A stretch of DNA of 64,000 nt. Source: Sandaracinaceae bacterium. Lineage in GTDB: Bacteria > Myxococcota_A > Polyangia > Polyangiales > Houyiibacteriaceae. How positions within the stretch are numbered: position 1 is the first letter of the stretch; each line of letters begins with the position of its first letter. The notes below the pieces were generated by a model. That model searched no databases. It was not told the DNA's origin and worked only from the letters and a program-made list of their open reading frames with translations. The translations under genes and the position numbers were made by a program. Below are positions 46,459-56,478 of the stretch, one piece after another. Where the stretch lies: positions 697,822-761,821 of the forward strand of contig JACKEJ010000008.1 in assembly GCA_020633055.1 (NCBI GenBank), read 5' to 3'.

Positions 46459-49400
46459 TCAGGCGGTCGCCTCGTCGGGGACCTGCTCCTCTGGAACGCG
46501 CCGCGCGAACAGCCCGCGCAGGCGGTACAGCATGGTGAACAGGGCGGGGATGACGAAGATGACCAGCACGCTGGAGAGCGCCAAGCCACCCAGCACGATG
46601 GCTCCGACCCCGCGATAGAGCTCGGCGCCCGCGCCGTTCGAGACCACCATCGGCAGCAGGCCCGCAAGCGACGTACTGGTGGTCATGAAGATGGGCCGGA
46701 TGCGCGAACGCACCGCGTCGGCCACGGCCAGGTTCAGCTCGTCCCCCTCGCGCAGCCGCGCGAGCGCCCCATCCACCACGAGGATGGCGTTGTTCACGAC
46801 GACGCCGATGAGGATCAGGAACCCGAGCGCGGTGAGCAGGTCGAGGGGCACCGGACCGAACACCTGGTCCACGGCCACCAAGCACGCCATGCCGCCTGCC
46901 GCGGCGAGCGGCAGGCTGGCCAGCACGACCAACGGCGCGACGAAGTCCTCGAACAGCGCCGACAGCAGCAGGAAGCAGATGAGCACGGCCAGCAGCAGCA
47001 CGTCGCGGAAGTGGTCGGCCGCGATGTCGAGGTCGCCCGCCGCGCCGCTGACCTCGATGCGCACCCCTTGGGGCACCTCGCCTGCGGCGCGCATGGGGGT
47101 CACCACCTGCTCTTGCACCATGTCCATCGCGGTCTCGAGGGGCAGCGCCTCGGGCGGCGAGATCTGCAGCGTGATGGCGCGGCGGCGCTCGAGGCGCTGG
47201 ATGTTGGTAGGGCCGATGTCCGTGACCGCGTCGGCGACGGAGCTGAGCGGCACGATGGCGCCAGCGCTGGTCACGAGCGGCGCGTCCATCAGCTCGAGCG
47301 GATCGCTGATGATGCCGCGACCCGGGGTCAGCGCCCGCAGGACCACGTCCACCTCGTAGCCGCTCCGCGACGTGAGCTCCCCCACGATGGCGCCGTCGAC
47401 CAGCGCGTCGACCATCAGGCCCAGCTGGTCGCTGCGGATGCCGAGCGCCGCCGCCTGACGCCGCCGCGGGTGGATCTGCACCTCGGGGGCGCCCGGATCG
47501 AGCCCCGGCACAGGGCGCACCTGCGCGCCCGGGATGGCCCGGCTGATGCTGCCCATCATGCGCCCGCCGAGCTCGGTCAGGGTGGGGATGTCCGAGCCCA
47601 CCAGGTTGAGCTCGATGCTGCGCCCGCCCCCCATGCGCCCGAACAGGCTGGCTTGGTTGGTGAACCCGAAGGTGCCCGGCACGTCGGCCTGCACGCGGCG
47701 CAGGAACGGCAGGAGCGCGCCGATGTCCTCGGGACGCGTGGCCACGGCCCCCGCGAAGACGAAGCTCCCGTCGCCCACGAAGAATGAGCGCTGGATGGAG
47801 GGCACGTCGCCCACGTCGGCGCCGATGTGGGGGCCGATCTCCTCGTGCATGCGCGCGCCCATGCGCTCGAACTCCTCGGAGGAGTACCCCGGGGGCGGCA
47901 CGAGCACGCCGAAGATGAGGTTGCGGTTGCCCGTGGGCAGGTACTCGAGCGCAGGGGCCAACATGAACGTCACGACCCCGGCGGCCCCCACCACGAGCGC
48001 CACGATCAGCGTCCCGCGACGCAGGTCGCGCGCCACCCAGCTGGCCGCGCCGACGATCCGCTCGCGCACCCGGTCGCCGGCTGCCGCGAAGCGCCCTGGC
48101 GCCGTCTTGGGCTTGGGCTTCAGCAGGCGTGCGGCGAGGCTCGGGATGACCCACACGGACACGACCAGCGACCACACGACCGCGAGCGAGATGGCGACGG
48201 CGACGTCGCGCAGCAGCTGCCCCACCTCGCTCTCCCACGTGATGATGGGGGCGAAGACCGCGACGGTGGTGAGCGTCGAGGCGAGCACCGCGCCCCACAC
48301 CGAGCGCACACCGCGCAGCGCGGCCTCGGCGGCGGTCTTGGCCGTGGCGCGCTCGGTGTCGATGCTCTCCAGCACCACGATGGAGTTGTCGAGCACCATG
48401 CCCACCGCGAAGGTCACGCCTGCCAGCGAGATGACGTTGATGGAGCGACCGAGCCAGCTCATGCCCAGCGCCGTGCCGAACACGCACACGGGGATGGAGA
48501 CGCTGATGATGGCGGACGCCCCCGCCGAGCGCAGGAACAAGAAAAGCGCCAGGATGGCCAGCACCGACCCCATCAGCAGGTTCTGCTGCACGAGGTCGAG
48601 GGCGTCGTTGATGTAGCCGACCTGATCCGAGATGACCTGGATGGTGAGCCCCTCGCCGCGGAACTCGCGCTCGTCCAGCTCGGCCACCGTGGCGCGCACG
48701 GCCTCCGTCACCTCGAGCACGTTGCTGCCCGACTCGCGCGAGAGCAGCAGGATCATGGACGCCTGTCCGTCGGTCATGGCCACGCCGCGCGGGCGGCGCA
48801 GCCCCATGCTGACGGTGGCGACGTCGGCCAACCGCACCGGCATGCCGTCGGGCCCGGTGCCCAGCACCACCTCCTCGAGGTCCTCGACGTCTTCGGGGGC
48901 GAGCGGCGTGCGCACCAGGAACGAGCGCTTGCCGATGTTGAGGTCGCCAGCCGACACGTTGCGCAGCTCGGCGCGCACCCGGTCGCTCAGGTCGTTGATG
49001 CGCAGGCCCCGCTCGGCCAGGGCGCGCGGGTCGAAGTCGACGTGCACCTCGGAGTCCTGACCGCCCACGTGGCGCATGCCGGCCACACCCGGGATGCGCT
49101 CCAGCTCGGGCACGATCTCTTCGGCCACCCACGTGCGGAAGGCCGAGACGGAGCGCCCCTCGAGGTCGCGGATGGTGATGACGGCGATGGGTGGCCCGGA
49201 CAGATCGGAGGTGCTCAGCACGGGCCGGTCGGCCGCCTCGGGGTACGAGCTGACCTCGCCCAGGCGGTTGTTCACCCGCACGAGCGCGTCGTCGATGTCC
49301 GTGCCCACGTCGAACTCGAGCGTGATGCGGCCGAGGTCGGGGCTGGCGTTGCTGGTCATCTTCACCAGCCCCGCCAGACCCTTGAGGGTCTGCTCCTGGG

Positions 49401-49611
49401 CCTCGAGGATCTCGGTCTCGATCTCGCTCGGCGCCGCACCGGGCCAGCGCGTGCTGATGTCGATGGTGGGGCGCGAGATGTCCGGCGTGAGCTGGATGGG
49501 CAGCCCCACCAGCGACAGCGCGCCGAAGAGCACGACCAGGATGACGCCCACGGTGACCGTAACGGGGCGCTCGATGGCGAGGGCCAGCGCCCCCTGCGCG
49601 CGATCCGTCAT
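46459..49611 (-). CDS. RND efflux transporter permease (AcrB/HAE family)
   Basis: 1050 aa with 12-TM RND topology and typical N-terminus AIERPVTVTVGVILVVLFG. ATGA overlap with the adaptor gene at 49608-49611. Confidence 0.9.
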   Translation of the reverse strand: MTDRAQGALALAIERPVTVTVGVILVVLFGALSLVGLPIQLTPDISRPTIDISTRWPGAAPSEIETEILEAQEQTLKGLAGLVKMTSNASPDLGRITLEFDVGTDIDDALVRVNNRLGEVSSYPEAADRPVLSTSDLSGPPIAVITIRDLEGRSVSAFRTWVAEEIVPELERIPGVAGMRHVGGQDSEVHVDFDPRALAERGLRINDLSDRVRAELRNVSAGDLNIGKRSFLVRTPLAPEDVEDLEEVVLGTGPDGMPVRLADVATVSMGLRRPRGVAMTDGQASMILLLSRESGSNVLEVTEAVRATVAELDEREFRGEGLTIQVISDQVGYINDALDLVQQNLLMGSVLAILALFLFLRSAGASAIISVSIPVCVFGTALGMSWLGRSINVISLAGVTFAVGMVLDNSIVVLESIDTERATAKTAAEAALRGVRSVWGAVLASTLTTVAVFAPIITWESEVGQLLRDVAVAISLAVVWSLVVSVWVIPSLAARLLKPKPKTAPGRFAAAGDRVRERIVGAASWVARDLRRGTLIVALVVGAAGVVTFMLAPALEYLPTGNRNLIFGVLVPPPGYSSEEFERMGARMHEEIGPHIGADVGDVPSIQRSFFVGDGSFVFAGAVATRPEDIGALLPFLRRVQADVPGTFGFTNQASLFGRMGGGRSIELNLVGSDIPTLTELGGRMMGSISRAIPGAQVRPVPGLDPGAPEVQIHPRRRQAAALGIRSDQLGLMVDALVDGAIVGELTSRSGYEVDVVLRALTPGRGIISDPLELMDAPLVTSAGAIVPLSSVADAVTDIGPTNIQRLERRRAITLQISPPEALPLETAMDMVQEQVVTPMRAAGEVPQGVRIEVSGAAGDLDIAADHFRDVLLLAVLICFLLLSALFEDFVAPLVVLASLPLAAAGGMACLVAVDQVFGPVPLDLLTALGFLILIGVVVNNAILVVDGALARLREGDELNLAVADAVRSRIRPIFMTTSTSLAGLLPMVVSNGAGAELYRGVGAIVLGGLALSSVLVIFVIPALFTMLYRLRGLFARRVPEEQVPDEATA

Positions 49612-50828
49612 GTGCCGCCGCCACCCTGCGTCATGGACGCTGCGCCGCTCCCAGCCTCCGCGGCCGGGGGAGAGCCCGCCGGACGCGCTGCAGACGAAGG
49701 ACCCGCTGGGGGTTCGGCCGGAGACGCACCCGCGCTGCCCCCCGCCGCCAGGGCGGCGCCGTCCACCACCACCGCGTCATCGGGACGCAGCCGCTCGTTG
49801 CCGCGCGTGACGACCTGCTGGCCTGCCGCGAGGCCCTCGCCCCGCACCAGCGCACGCTCACCGGACTGCACGACGACCTGCACGGGCACGATGCGAGCCG
49901 TTCCGTCCACGACGCGCACGACGCGCGCGCCACGCACCCCGTAGGTCACGGCGTCGCGCGGCACCACGACCCCGCCTTCCTCGGGCAGCTCCAGCTCCAC
50001 GTCGAGGAAGCGCCCGGGCAGCAGCCACGCCGGCCGCTCCGCCGTGTCCGGTAGGAAGCGCAGCGGCGCCGTCCCGGTGGCGCTGTCGATCACGCGCACC
50101 ACACCGGCGAGCCGCGCGGGCAGCGCCTCCCCATCGAAGCGCAGGGTGGCTGGCTGGCCCTCGTGGAGACGCGCCAGCAGCAGCGGGTCGACCATCGCGT
50201 GCACCTCGACGTCGTCCATGCTGACCACTTGGAGCACCGGCGTGCCCGCGGACACCCAATCGCCCGGGTCGGCCATGCGCTGAACGACCTGACCCGCGAA
50301 CGGCGCGCGCACGATCTGCTGCGCCAGCCGCGAGCGGGTCTGACGCACCCGGGCGCTCAGCTCGGCCTGGCGCCTCGCCAGCTGCTCGGCGCGGCTCTCG
50401 GCCTGCTCGATCTGGGTCACCGCGACCGCCTCGGGTCCCGCCATCCGGTAGCGGGCCGCATCGCGCGCGGCCTGGGCCTCCTCCTCGGCTGCCGTGGCCG
50501 CCGTGGCCTGCGCAGCCGCGAGGTCGGCGCGGGCCACGCTGGGATCGACCTCGAACAACAAGTCCCCCGCCTGGACGCGGTCACCGACCCGCACCCGCAC
50601 CCGGCGCACCGCCCCGTTCGCGCCCGCCGCGAGGGTGGCCTCGAGCGCGGCGGACGTGCGGCCCGTGAGCCGATGACGCACGACGAGCGGACCGTCGGCG
50701 ACGGCGTCCACGGTCACGCGGGCAGGGGGTCGACCAGACGGAGGGGGCGCCTCGGCCTCGCCACCGCAGCCAACGAGGCCCAGCAGCAGTCCCAGGCCGG
50801 TGAGTGTGGGGGTCACGCGCATGCGCAT
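49608..50828 (-). CDS. RND efflux periplasmic adaptor (membrane fusion protein) lipoprotein
   Basis: Lipobox LVGC and a HlyD-like layout with coiled-coil hairpin and beta-barrel regions. Translationally coupled to the RND pump. Confidence 0.85.
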   Translation of the reverse strand: MRMRVTPTLTGLGLLLGLVGCGGEAEAPPPSGRPPARVTVDAVADGPLVVRHRLTGRTSAALEATLAAGANGAVRRVRVRVGDRVQAGDLLFEVDPSVARADLAAAQATAATAAEEEAQAARDAARYRMAGPEAVAVTQIEQAESRAEQLARRQAELSARVRQTRSRLAQQIVRAPFAGQVVQRMADPGDWVSAGTPVLQVVSMDDVEVHAMVDPLLLARLHEGQPATLRFDGEALPARLAGVVRVIDSATGTAPLRFLPDTAERPAWLLPGRFLDVELELPEEGGVVVPRDAVTYGVRGARVVRVVDGTARIVPVQVVVQSGERALVRGEGLAAGQQVVTRGNERLRPDDAVVVDGAALAAGGSAGASPAEPPAGPSSAARPAGSPPAAEAGSGAASMTQGGGGT

Positions 50829-50931
50829 CCGTTTGCCATACTTCGGGCTGTCGGCCCACCGCCCAGACCGCTACACGGGCACCGGCCATCGCGACGCTTG
50901 ACAGCAGCGCGCGGTCGGGTGCCAATGATTC

Positions 50932-52254
50932 ATGCGCGACGACATCGTCCTCGAAGGAGCGATCCCCGCGGGCGGCATCGTCGAGCTGCTCAGCGCCATC
51001 GAGGAGACGTGCACGACGGGCACGCTCCACTACGAGAGTGTACGCGAGGGCAGCGGGACGGTGACGCTCGTGCGCGGCCAATTCGCCGAGGATCAGACCC
51101 CCGACCGCAAGCAGCGCGACCCCGTGGAGGTGCTGCTGGCCCTGCGGGAAGGGCGCTTCTTCCTCCAGCAACGGCTGCCCGTGCTGCCCGTGACGAACGG
51201 CGACCACATGGTCAAGAAGGGCTCGTTGGCGGTGCACGTGCCCTCCGAGCTGATGCGCTACTGCGAGCTGGCCGGGCTGACCGGGGTGCTGCAGCTCAGC
51301 CGCCCCCCCGAGGTGGTGGACCTGGCCTACGAGCGCGGCGAGCTGGCGGAGGTGCGCGTCGGCGGCGCCGGCCAGATCGAATTCGAAGAGGTCTTCGGCT
51401 GGGAGGACGGGCGCTTCACCATCGAGGCGCGACGCGTGAGCGCGCGCGTCGCGGCGCCGGACAGCTCCGTGTACCCCGCCCAGCACCAGCCGGCGAGCGA
51501 CACGGACCGCGGCAGCGAGCGCGAGGCGCGCACCACCACCCGTGATCCCGGCGAACCCACGGAAGCCACGTTCTTACGCGTGGTCGAGATGTCCCTCGAA
51601 GACCTACTGCGCGAGCGCGCCGAGCGCACCCCAGCCGCGCGCACGGGACCAGTCATCCCAGCGCTGCCCGCCGCCCGGGTGTCTCAGCGTCCGGCCCCGA
51701 AGACCCTCGGGAGCAGCTCGACCCCGGTGCGCGGCGAGAGCACCGTGCGCGTCATCTACCTGGCCGCCGAGCGTAGTCCGGCGGAGGAAGAGCGGCTGCC
51801 CGCGATGGACCTCAACGTACCGCTGCCGGGCGAAGGCCGGCGGTCCCCCTCGAAGACGGACATCCCGCGCAACACGGCCATCAGCGCGCTCGACGACGCG
51901 GGTCGGCTGCGTCAGAGCAAGTGGCCCGCCGCCCTCGCGCGGCCATCGCGGGAGGACGAGGAGATCACCACCCAGTTCGACACGGCCAGCCACGCGGCGC
52001 TGGACATCGGCACGAACCCCACCATGCTGGCAGGTGCGCTCGACCTCGCGAGCGACGACCTCCCCCTGGACTCCCCGAGAAAGGCGCAGCACATGAGCGA
52101 CACCCGCACCTCGGGCGCGAGCCCCGAGAGCCCCGCCGCGGGGCGGACCGTGACGCCCCCGGACACGCTCGGCACTCTCAAGTGGGTGGCGTTCGCGTGC
52201 CTCGTGCTGATCTCGTGCCTGGCCGTGCTCGCACGCCTCCCGCCGATCGACTGA
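50932..52254 (+). CDS. DUF4388-domain protein (two N-terminal copies) with a disordered middle region and a C-terminal TM anchor
   Basis: LEGAIPAGGIVELLSAIEETCTTGTLHY...VTLVRGQF and GSLAVHVPSELMRYCELAGLTGVLQL fit the DUF4388 pattern. The C-terminal helix is WVAFACLVLISCLAVLA. Confidence 0.55.
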   Translation: MRDDIVLEGAIPAGGIVELLSAIEETCTTGTLHYESVREGSGTVTLVRGQFAEDQTPDRKQRDPVEVLLALREGRFFLQQRLPVLPVTNGDHMVKKGSLAVHVPSELMRYCELAGLTGVLQLSRPPEVVDLAYERGELAEVRVGGAGQIEFEEVFGWEDGRFTIEARRVSARVAAPDSSVYPAQHQPASDTDRGSEREARTTTRDPGEPTEATFLRVVEMSLEDLLRERAERTPAARTGPVIPALPAARVSQRPAPKTLGSSSTPVRGESTVRVIYLAAERSPAEEERLPAMDLNVPLPGEGRRSPSKTDIPRNTAISALDDAGRLRQSKWPAALARPSREDEEITTQFDTASHAALDIGTNPTMLAGALDLASDDLPLDSPRKAQHMSDTRTSGASPESPAAGRTVTPPDTLGTLKWVAFACLVLISCLAVLARLPPID

Positions 52255-52261
52255 GACCTCG

Positions 52262-54031
52262 GTGCGCCGCTCTCTCGTCACGCTCGCGCTGCTGTGCGCC
52301 TCGCTGGGCTGCCTCGCGGGTCCGACGGTGGGCGCCGCGCAGCCCGTGGCGGGCGCAGACACCCCAGACGGCGGGGCCCCACGCGCCGCGGCGCCAGACG
52401 AAGGACCGGACACCGCCGACCGCGACGCAGAGGCCGACCTCGACGCTGAAGCCGACGCAGAGGCCGACCACGACGCTGAAGCCGACGCAGAGGTCGACCA
52501 CGACACGGAAGCCGACGCGGACCGGCCCATCGGCGCCTCGGGTGAGTCCGAGACGGCGCCAGCCGACGACTCCGACCAAGACCTCGACGACCAAGACCTC
52601 GACGACCAAGACCTCGACGGGGACCGCGCGCCTGGCGCCCCGCAAGCGCTTCGATACTTCCTCGAAGACGTCGAGGTGGTGGGCAACACGCGCACCCACG
52701 CCTCGGTCGTCCGCGCCTACGTCCCGCTCGAGCGGGGTGAGCCGTTCGACCCCGAGGAGAGTGAGCTCGAGACGCTGCAGTTCTCGCTGATGGGGACGGG
52801 GTGGTTCGACGAGGTCAACGTTCGGCTGCGCCGCGGCCGGCAGCGCGGCTGGGTCGTGGTCGTGATCGAGGTGGTGGAGCGCAACACCGTCGTGGTGGAA
52901 CAGATCGCGCTCGGCGTGGCCGAGGGGCTGAGCAGCGCACGCACCACGCAGACGCGCGTCTTTCCCTACGTGGGACTGACCCTGACCGAGACCAATTTGC
53001 TGGGGCGTGGCATGCGCCTGTCGGTCAGCGGGCTGCTCTCCCGTCACCACCAGGGGGGGCGCATCGACTTCGCCTACCCACGGATCTTCGGCGGGAACTA
53101 CGGGCTGCGGGCCGCGCCCTTCTTCAACAACTCCCGCCAGTATTTCGGGACCAACCCCACGGTCACCACGCGCTGCGCCCCGACGGCTCCGAGCGACTGC
53201 ATCGAAGAGTTCGAGGGACGCAACGCGGTCGTGTTCTACCGCCGAGGCGGCTTCTACCTGGGCACGGGCCGCACGATCGGGAGCACCCTCACGCTCGACA
53301 TCGGCACGCAGCTCGAGTGGATCTACGTCACCTCGCGCCCCGAAGCCGCGAGCGAGGTGCGCGGCAGCGAGATCCGTCCGATCGACTTCTCCATCCTCCC
53401 CAACCGCAGCTTCGCCTCGGTGCTGCGCGTCGGGCTGACCTACGATCGGCGGGACGACCCAGGCCTCCCCACGCAGGGGACGTACCTCCGCGTGCAAGCA
53501 GACGCCGGGACGCGCCTGCTCGGCAGCGCGTACGACTTCGTGCGCCTCCAGGCGGAGTTTCGTCAGTGGGTCCCGCTGGCGAGCCACCACACCCTCCGCA
53601 TGCGCATGTTCGGCGGCATCGTGTTGGGCGACGCGCCGTTCTTCTACAAGTTCCACGCCAGTGACCTGACCGACCTCATCCCGAGCCGCCTGCTCGAGAT
53701 GCAGCTCGATCGTCGCGCCCCCCCCAACCTGCTCGGCACCGCCATCGCGTTCATGCGCAATGAAGAGGTCGCCGTCCGGGCGGACGTCGAGTACGACGTC
53801 TCGCTGCTCAGGCACGATCGTCGCGTGGGGCTGCGAGGCGCGCACGCCTACTTCAACCTGGGCGCCTACCTGCTGGCCGACCTGCAGGACCTGCAGTTCG
53901 CGGTGCCGGGTCTGGACGGCGCCTCGCGCATTCCGATCGACCTGACCTTCGACATCGGCATCCGCTTGGACACCTCGGTCGGTGTGTTCCAGTTCGGCTT
54001 CTCCAACCTGTTGGGGTTCATCCAGCTGTGA
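52262..54031 (+). CDS. Omp85/BamA-family outer-membrane protein (single POTRA-like domain plus beta-barrel) with an acidic repeat N-terminus
   Basis: Signal peptide, DAEAD and DQDLD repeats, a POTRA-like VEVVGNTRTHASVVRAYVPLERGEPF, and a barrel region with DRRDDPGLPTQGTY. Confidence 0.65.
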   Translation: MRRSLVTLALLCASLGCLAGPTVGAAQPVAGADTPDGGAPRAAAPDEGPDTADRDAEADLDAEADAEADHDAEADAEVDHDTEADADRPIGASGESETAPADDSDQDLDDQDLDDQDLDGDRAPGAPQALRYFLEDVEVVGNTRTHASVVRAYVPLERGEPFDPEESELETLQFSLMGTGWFDEVNVRLRRGRQRGWVVVVIEVVERNTVVVEQIALGVAEGLSSARTTQTRVFPYVGLTLTETNLLGRGMRLSVSGLLSRHHQGGRIDFAYPRIFGGNYGLRAAPFFNNSRQYFGTNPTVTTRCAPTAPSDCIEEFEGRNAVVFYRRGGFYLGTGRTIGSTLTLDIGTQLEWIYVTSRPEAASEVRGSEIRPIDFSILPNRSFASVLRVGLTYDRRDDPGLPTQGTYLRVQADAGTRLLGSAYDFVRLQAEFRQWVPLASHHTLRMRMFGGIVLGDAPFFYKFHASDLTDLIPSRLLEMQLDRRAPPNLLGTAIAFMRNEEVAVRADVEYDVSLLRHDRRVGLRGAHAYFNLGAYLLADLQDLQFAVPGLDGASRIPIDLTFDIGIRLDTSVGVFQFGFSNLLGFIQL

Positions 54032-54648
54032 GCGCCCGGCCCACGGCACGCTGCAAGCGGTGCGCGACGGCGCTCGCGCTCGGGCTGCTGCTGGCCGCGA
54101 CGTGCGCGTTCGCACAAGCGCTCGATACGCGTCGCGTAGGCATCCGGTGGCAAGGGGGCGTGCCGCGCATCAGCGTATCGGTCGCCGATCTGGTGGATCA
54201 GAGCGCGCGACGGGCGCTGGAGAGCGGCCTGCAGAAGCGCATCATCATGACGGTGCAGGCGTACGAGTCGGGCGCGTCCCACCCGTTCGCCACCACGCGC
54301 GTCCAATGTGCGGCGACCTACGACCTCTGGGAGGAGTCGTACATCCTCCGCATTGGGCGCCGCACCGAACGCCACAGCCGCGTGGACGACGTGATCGCCC
54401 GCTGCCTCGTCGCACGCGACCTGAGCGTCGGGCGCCCTGGCGACTGGACCAACCACGGACGTCGAGACCTGTACTTCGCGGTGCGCGCCGAGTTCAACCC
54501 CATCAGCGCCCAGCGCTGCACGGCGTTGTTGCGTCCCAGCCGGTCGGAGGGGCCCATCGGTCCGATCGTCGTCAACATCGTGCGCCGCGAGATCTGCGCG
54601 GCCGAGCGCTCCATCGACTTCCGCTCGCAAGAGGTCACCAGCCCGTGA
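54028..54648 (+). CDS. DUF4390-like periplasmic protein
   Basis: Signal peptide. Its size and position immediately upstream of an NtrY-type kinase match the DUF4390 context. GTGA overlaps on both sides. Confidence 0.45.
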   Translation: MSARPTARCKRCATALALGLLLAATCAFAQALDTRRVGIRWQGGVPRISVSVADLVDQSARRALESGLQKRIIMTVQAYESGASHPFATTRVQCAATYDLWEESYILRIGRRTERHSRVDDVIARCLVARDLSVGRPGDWTNHGRRDLYFAVRAEFNPISAQRCTALLRPSRSEGPIGPIVVNIVRREICAAERSIDFRSQEVTSP

Positions 54649-56423
54649 CACGGCTGGAACGCACCCTGCTCGCGGCCCTGCTGGTGGCAGGCCTCTCGCC
54701 CCTGCTCGCCGCGACCTTCTTCGGTCGCTCGGCGCTGCGCGACGCCTACTCGAGAGGCGTCAACCCCGTGGTGGAGGAGCAGCTGGCGGCGGCGGTGGAG
54801 TCCCACCGCGAGCACATCGTCGCGCTGCGCGAGGCGGCCGACAGCACCGCCGATGCCATCACGCAGCACTGGCAGCTGCACGACGCGCTCCGCAACAACG
54901 ACCTCGAGGCTGTGCGCCGCTACGCCCAAGCCGCGCTCGGCGCCTACCCGCAGGTCGCGGCCGTGCGCGTCTACCGCGCCGACCTCGACTCCGATGCGGC
55001 ACCGGGAGGCCTCTCCGACGACGACATCGCGGCGACGGACCTCGACGACCTCGACGACCTCGACGACCCGACGCTGGACGAGACGCTCTCCGACGAGGAC
55101 GGCGCCCACGACATCGCCCCTCCCGACGACGCCGCGAGCGACGACGGGCCCAGCGCGCCTGATGGCGGGGACGTCGATGACGAAGCAGACGGGCGCACGG
55201 CAGACGACGCGCTGGACGCGGCGGACGAGGGCGGGCCTCCACTCGTCGAGGTGAGCATCGCGGCGCGCGCCGATCCGGAGCAGGTGCGCAGCCTGACGCG
55301 CGAACGCGTGCTGGACACCATCGAGCCCCCCGCGCGCGTGGTGGTCGTGGTCACAAGCCCGCGCGCGGTCTTCGCGGACTTGCAGCGCGCTGGCGAGGTC
55401 ACTGGCCTGTATTCGCGCTTGCTGGAGCAGACCGACTATGTGTCGGACGTCTACGTGTGGGTGCTCGCCGCCTACGTCGCGTTCGTCATCGCGCTCGCGC
55501 TGCTGGTCTCCATCTGGCTCGCGCGGCGTGTGTCCAAGCGTGTCTTGGCGCTGGCCGACGCCACGGTGCGCGTGGGGCAGGGCGACCTCGCCGTCAGCGT
55601 CCCGGACGACGACGACGACGAGATCGGCGAGCTGACCCGCGCCTTCAACCGCATGGTGCAGGACCTGCGCGAGTCGCGGGAGCGTATCGACTACCTGAAG
55701 CGCATCTCCGCCTGGCAGGACTTCGCGCGGCGCCTCGCGCACGAGATCAAGAACCCACTCACCCCGATCCAGCTGGCGGCGCAGGAGGTGGCGCAGGCCT
55801 ACCGTGGTGACGACCCACGCTTCGCGGCGATGCTGGAGGACGCACGCGGCATCATCGAGGAAGAGGTGGCCACGCTGCGTCGGCTGGTCGGGGAGTTCTC
55901 GAGCTTCGCGCGGCTGCCGGAGGTAGACCTCGCCGAAGCGGACCTGGTGGAGCTGCTGCGCGACCTGGAGCGCGGCTTCCCGAGCGTGCTGCAGGACGTC
56001 TACGGTGAGGCGGCCAGCGCGGAGTCCCGCGTCACGCTGCGCCTCGACGTGCCCGCGTCGCCGGTGCTGGCCAGCGTGGACGCGATGATGCTGAAGCGCT
56101 GCCTGGACAACCTCGTGCGCAACGCGGTGGAGGCCATCGCCGGGGAAGCGCGCGCTGGCTCGGGCGCGGTCACGCTGCAGCTCGTACGCGGCACCCATCA
56201 GCTCGAGCTGTCCGTCACCGACGACGGACCGGGCATCGAGGCCAACGCACGGACACGTGTGTTCGACCCCTACTTCACCACCAAGTCGAGCGGCACGGGC
56301 CTCGGGCTCGCGATCGTGAAGAAGGTCGTGCTGGAGCACCGCGGACGCATCGTGTGCGAGCGAGGCGAGGGCCCGGCGGAGCGACCTGGGACGCGCTTCG
56401 TCATCAGCATGCCGCTCGGCTGA
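54645..56423 (+). CDS. NtrY-like sensor histidine kinase with a highly acidic insertion in the sensor region
   Basis: TM, sensor, TM, HAMP (RAFNRMVQDL), H-box HEIKNPLTPIQLAAQEV, and N/G1/G2 boxes (RNAVEA, DDGPGI, GTGLGLAIV). Confidence 0.85.
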   Translation: MTRLERTLLAALLVAGLSPLLAATFFGRSALRDAYSRGVNPVVEEQLAAAVESHREHIVALREAADSTADAITQHWQLHDALRNNDLEAVRRYAQAALGAYPQVAAVRVYRADLDSDAAPGGLSDDDIAATDLDDLDDLDDPTLDETLSDEDGAHDIAPPDDAASDDGPSAPDGGDVDDEADGRTADDALDAADEGGPPLVEVSIAARADPEQVRSLTRERVLDTIEPPARVVVVVTSPRAVFADLQRAGEVTGLYSRLLEQTDYVSDVYVWVLAAYVAFVIALALLVSIWLARRVSKRVLALADATVRVGQGDLAVSVPDDDDDEIGELTRAFNRMVQDLRESRERIDYLKRISAWQDFARRLAHEIKNPLTPIQLAAQEVAQAYRGDDPRFAAMLEDARGIIEEEVATLRRLVGEFSSFARLPEVDLAEADLVELLRDLERGFPSVLQDVYGEAASAESRVTLRLDVPASPVLASVDAMMLKRCLDNLVRNAVEAIAGEARAGSGAVTLQLVRGTHQLELSVTDDGPGIEANARTRVFDPYFTTKSSGTGLGLAIVKKVVLEHRGRIVCERGEGPAERPGTRFVISMPLG

Positions 56424-56478
56424 GCCCGGGTGCGCAGACCACCGGCTAACCATACGGCCAGGAACGCGTTATACGGCC

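Noticed and set aside
46301-49624. 1107-aa ORF on the minus strand, in a different frame from the RND pump gene.
   Set aside because: The product is Arg/Gly/Pro/His-rich with no motifs. It entirely overlaps the well-supported AcrB-family frame (46459..49611). This is a typical high-GC shadow ORF.
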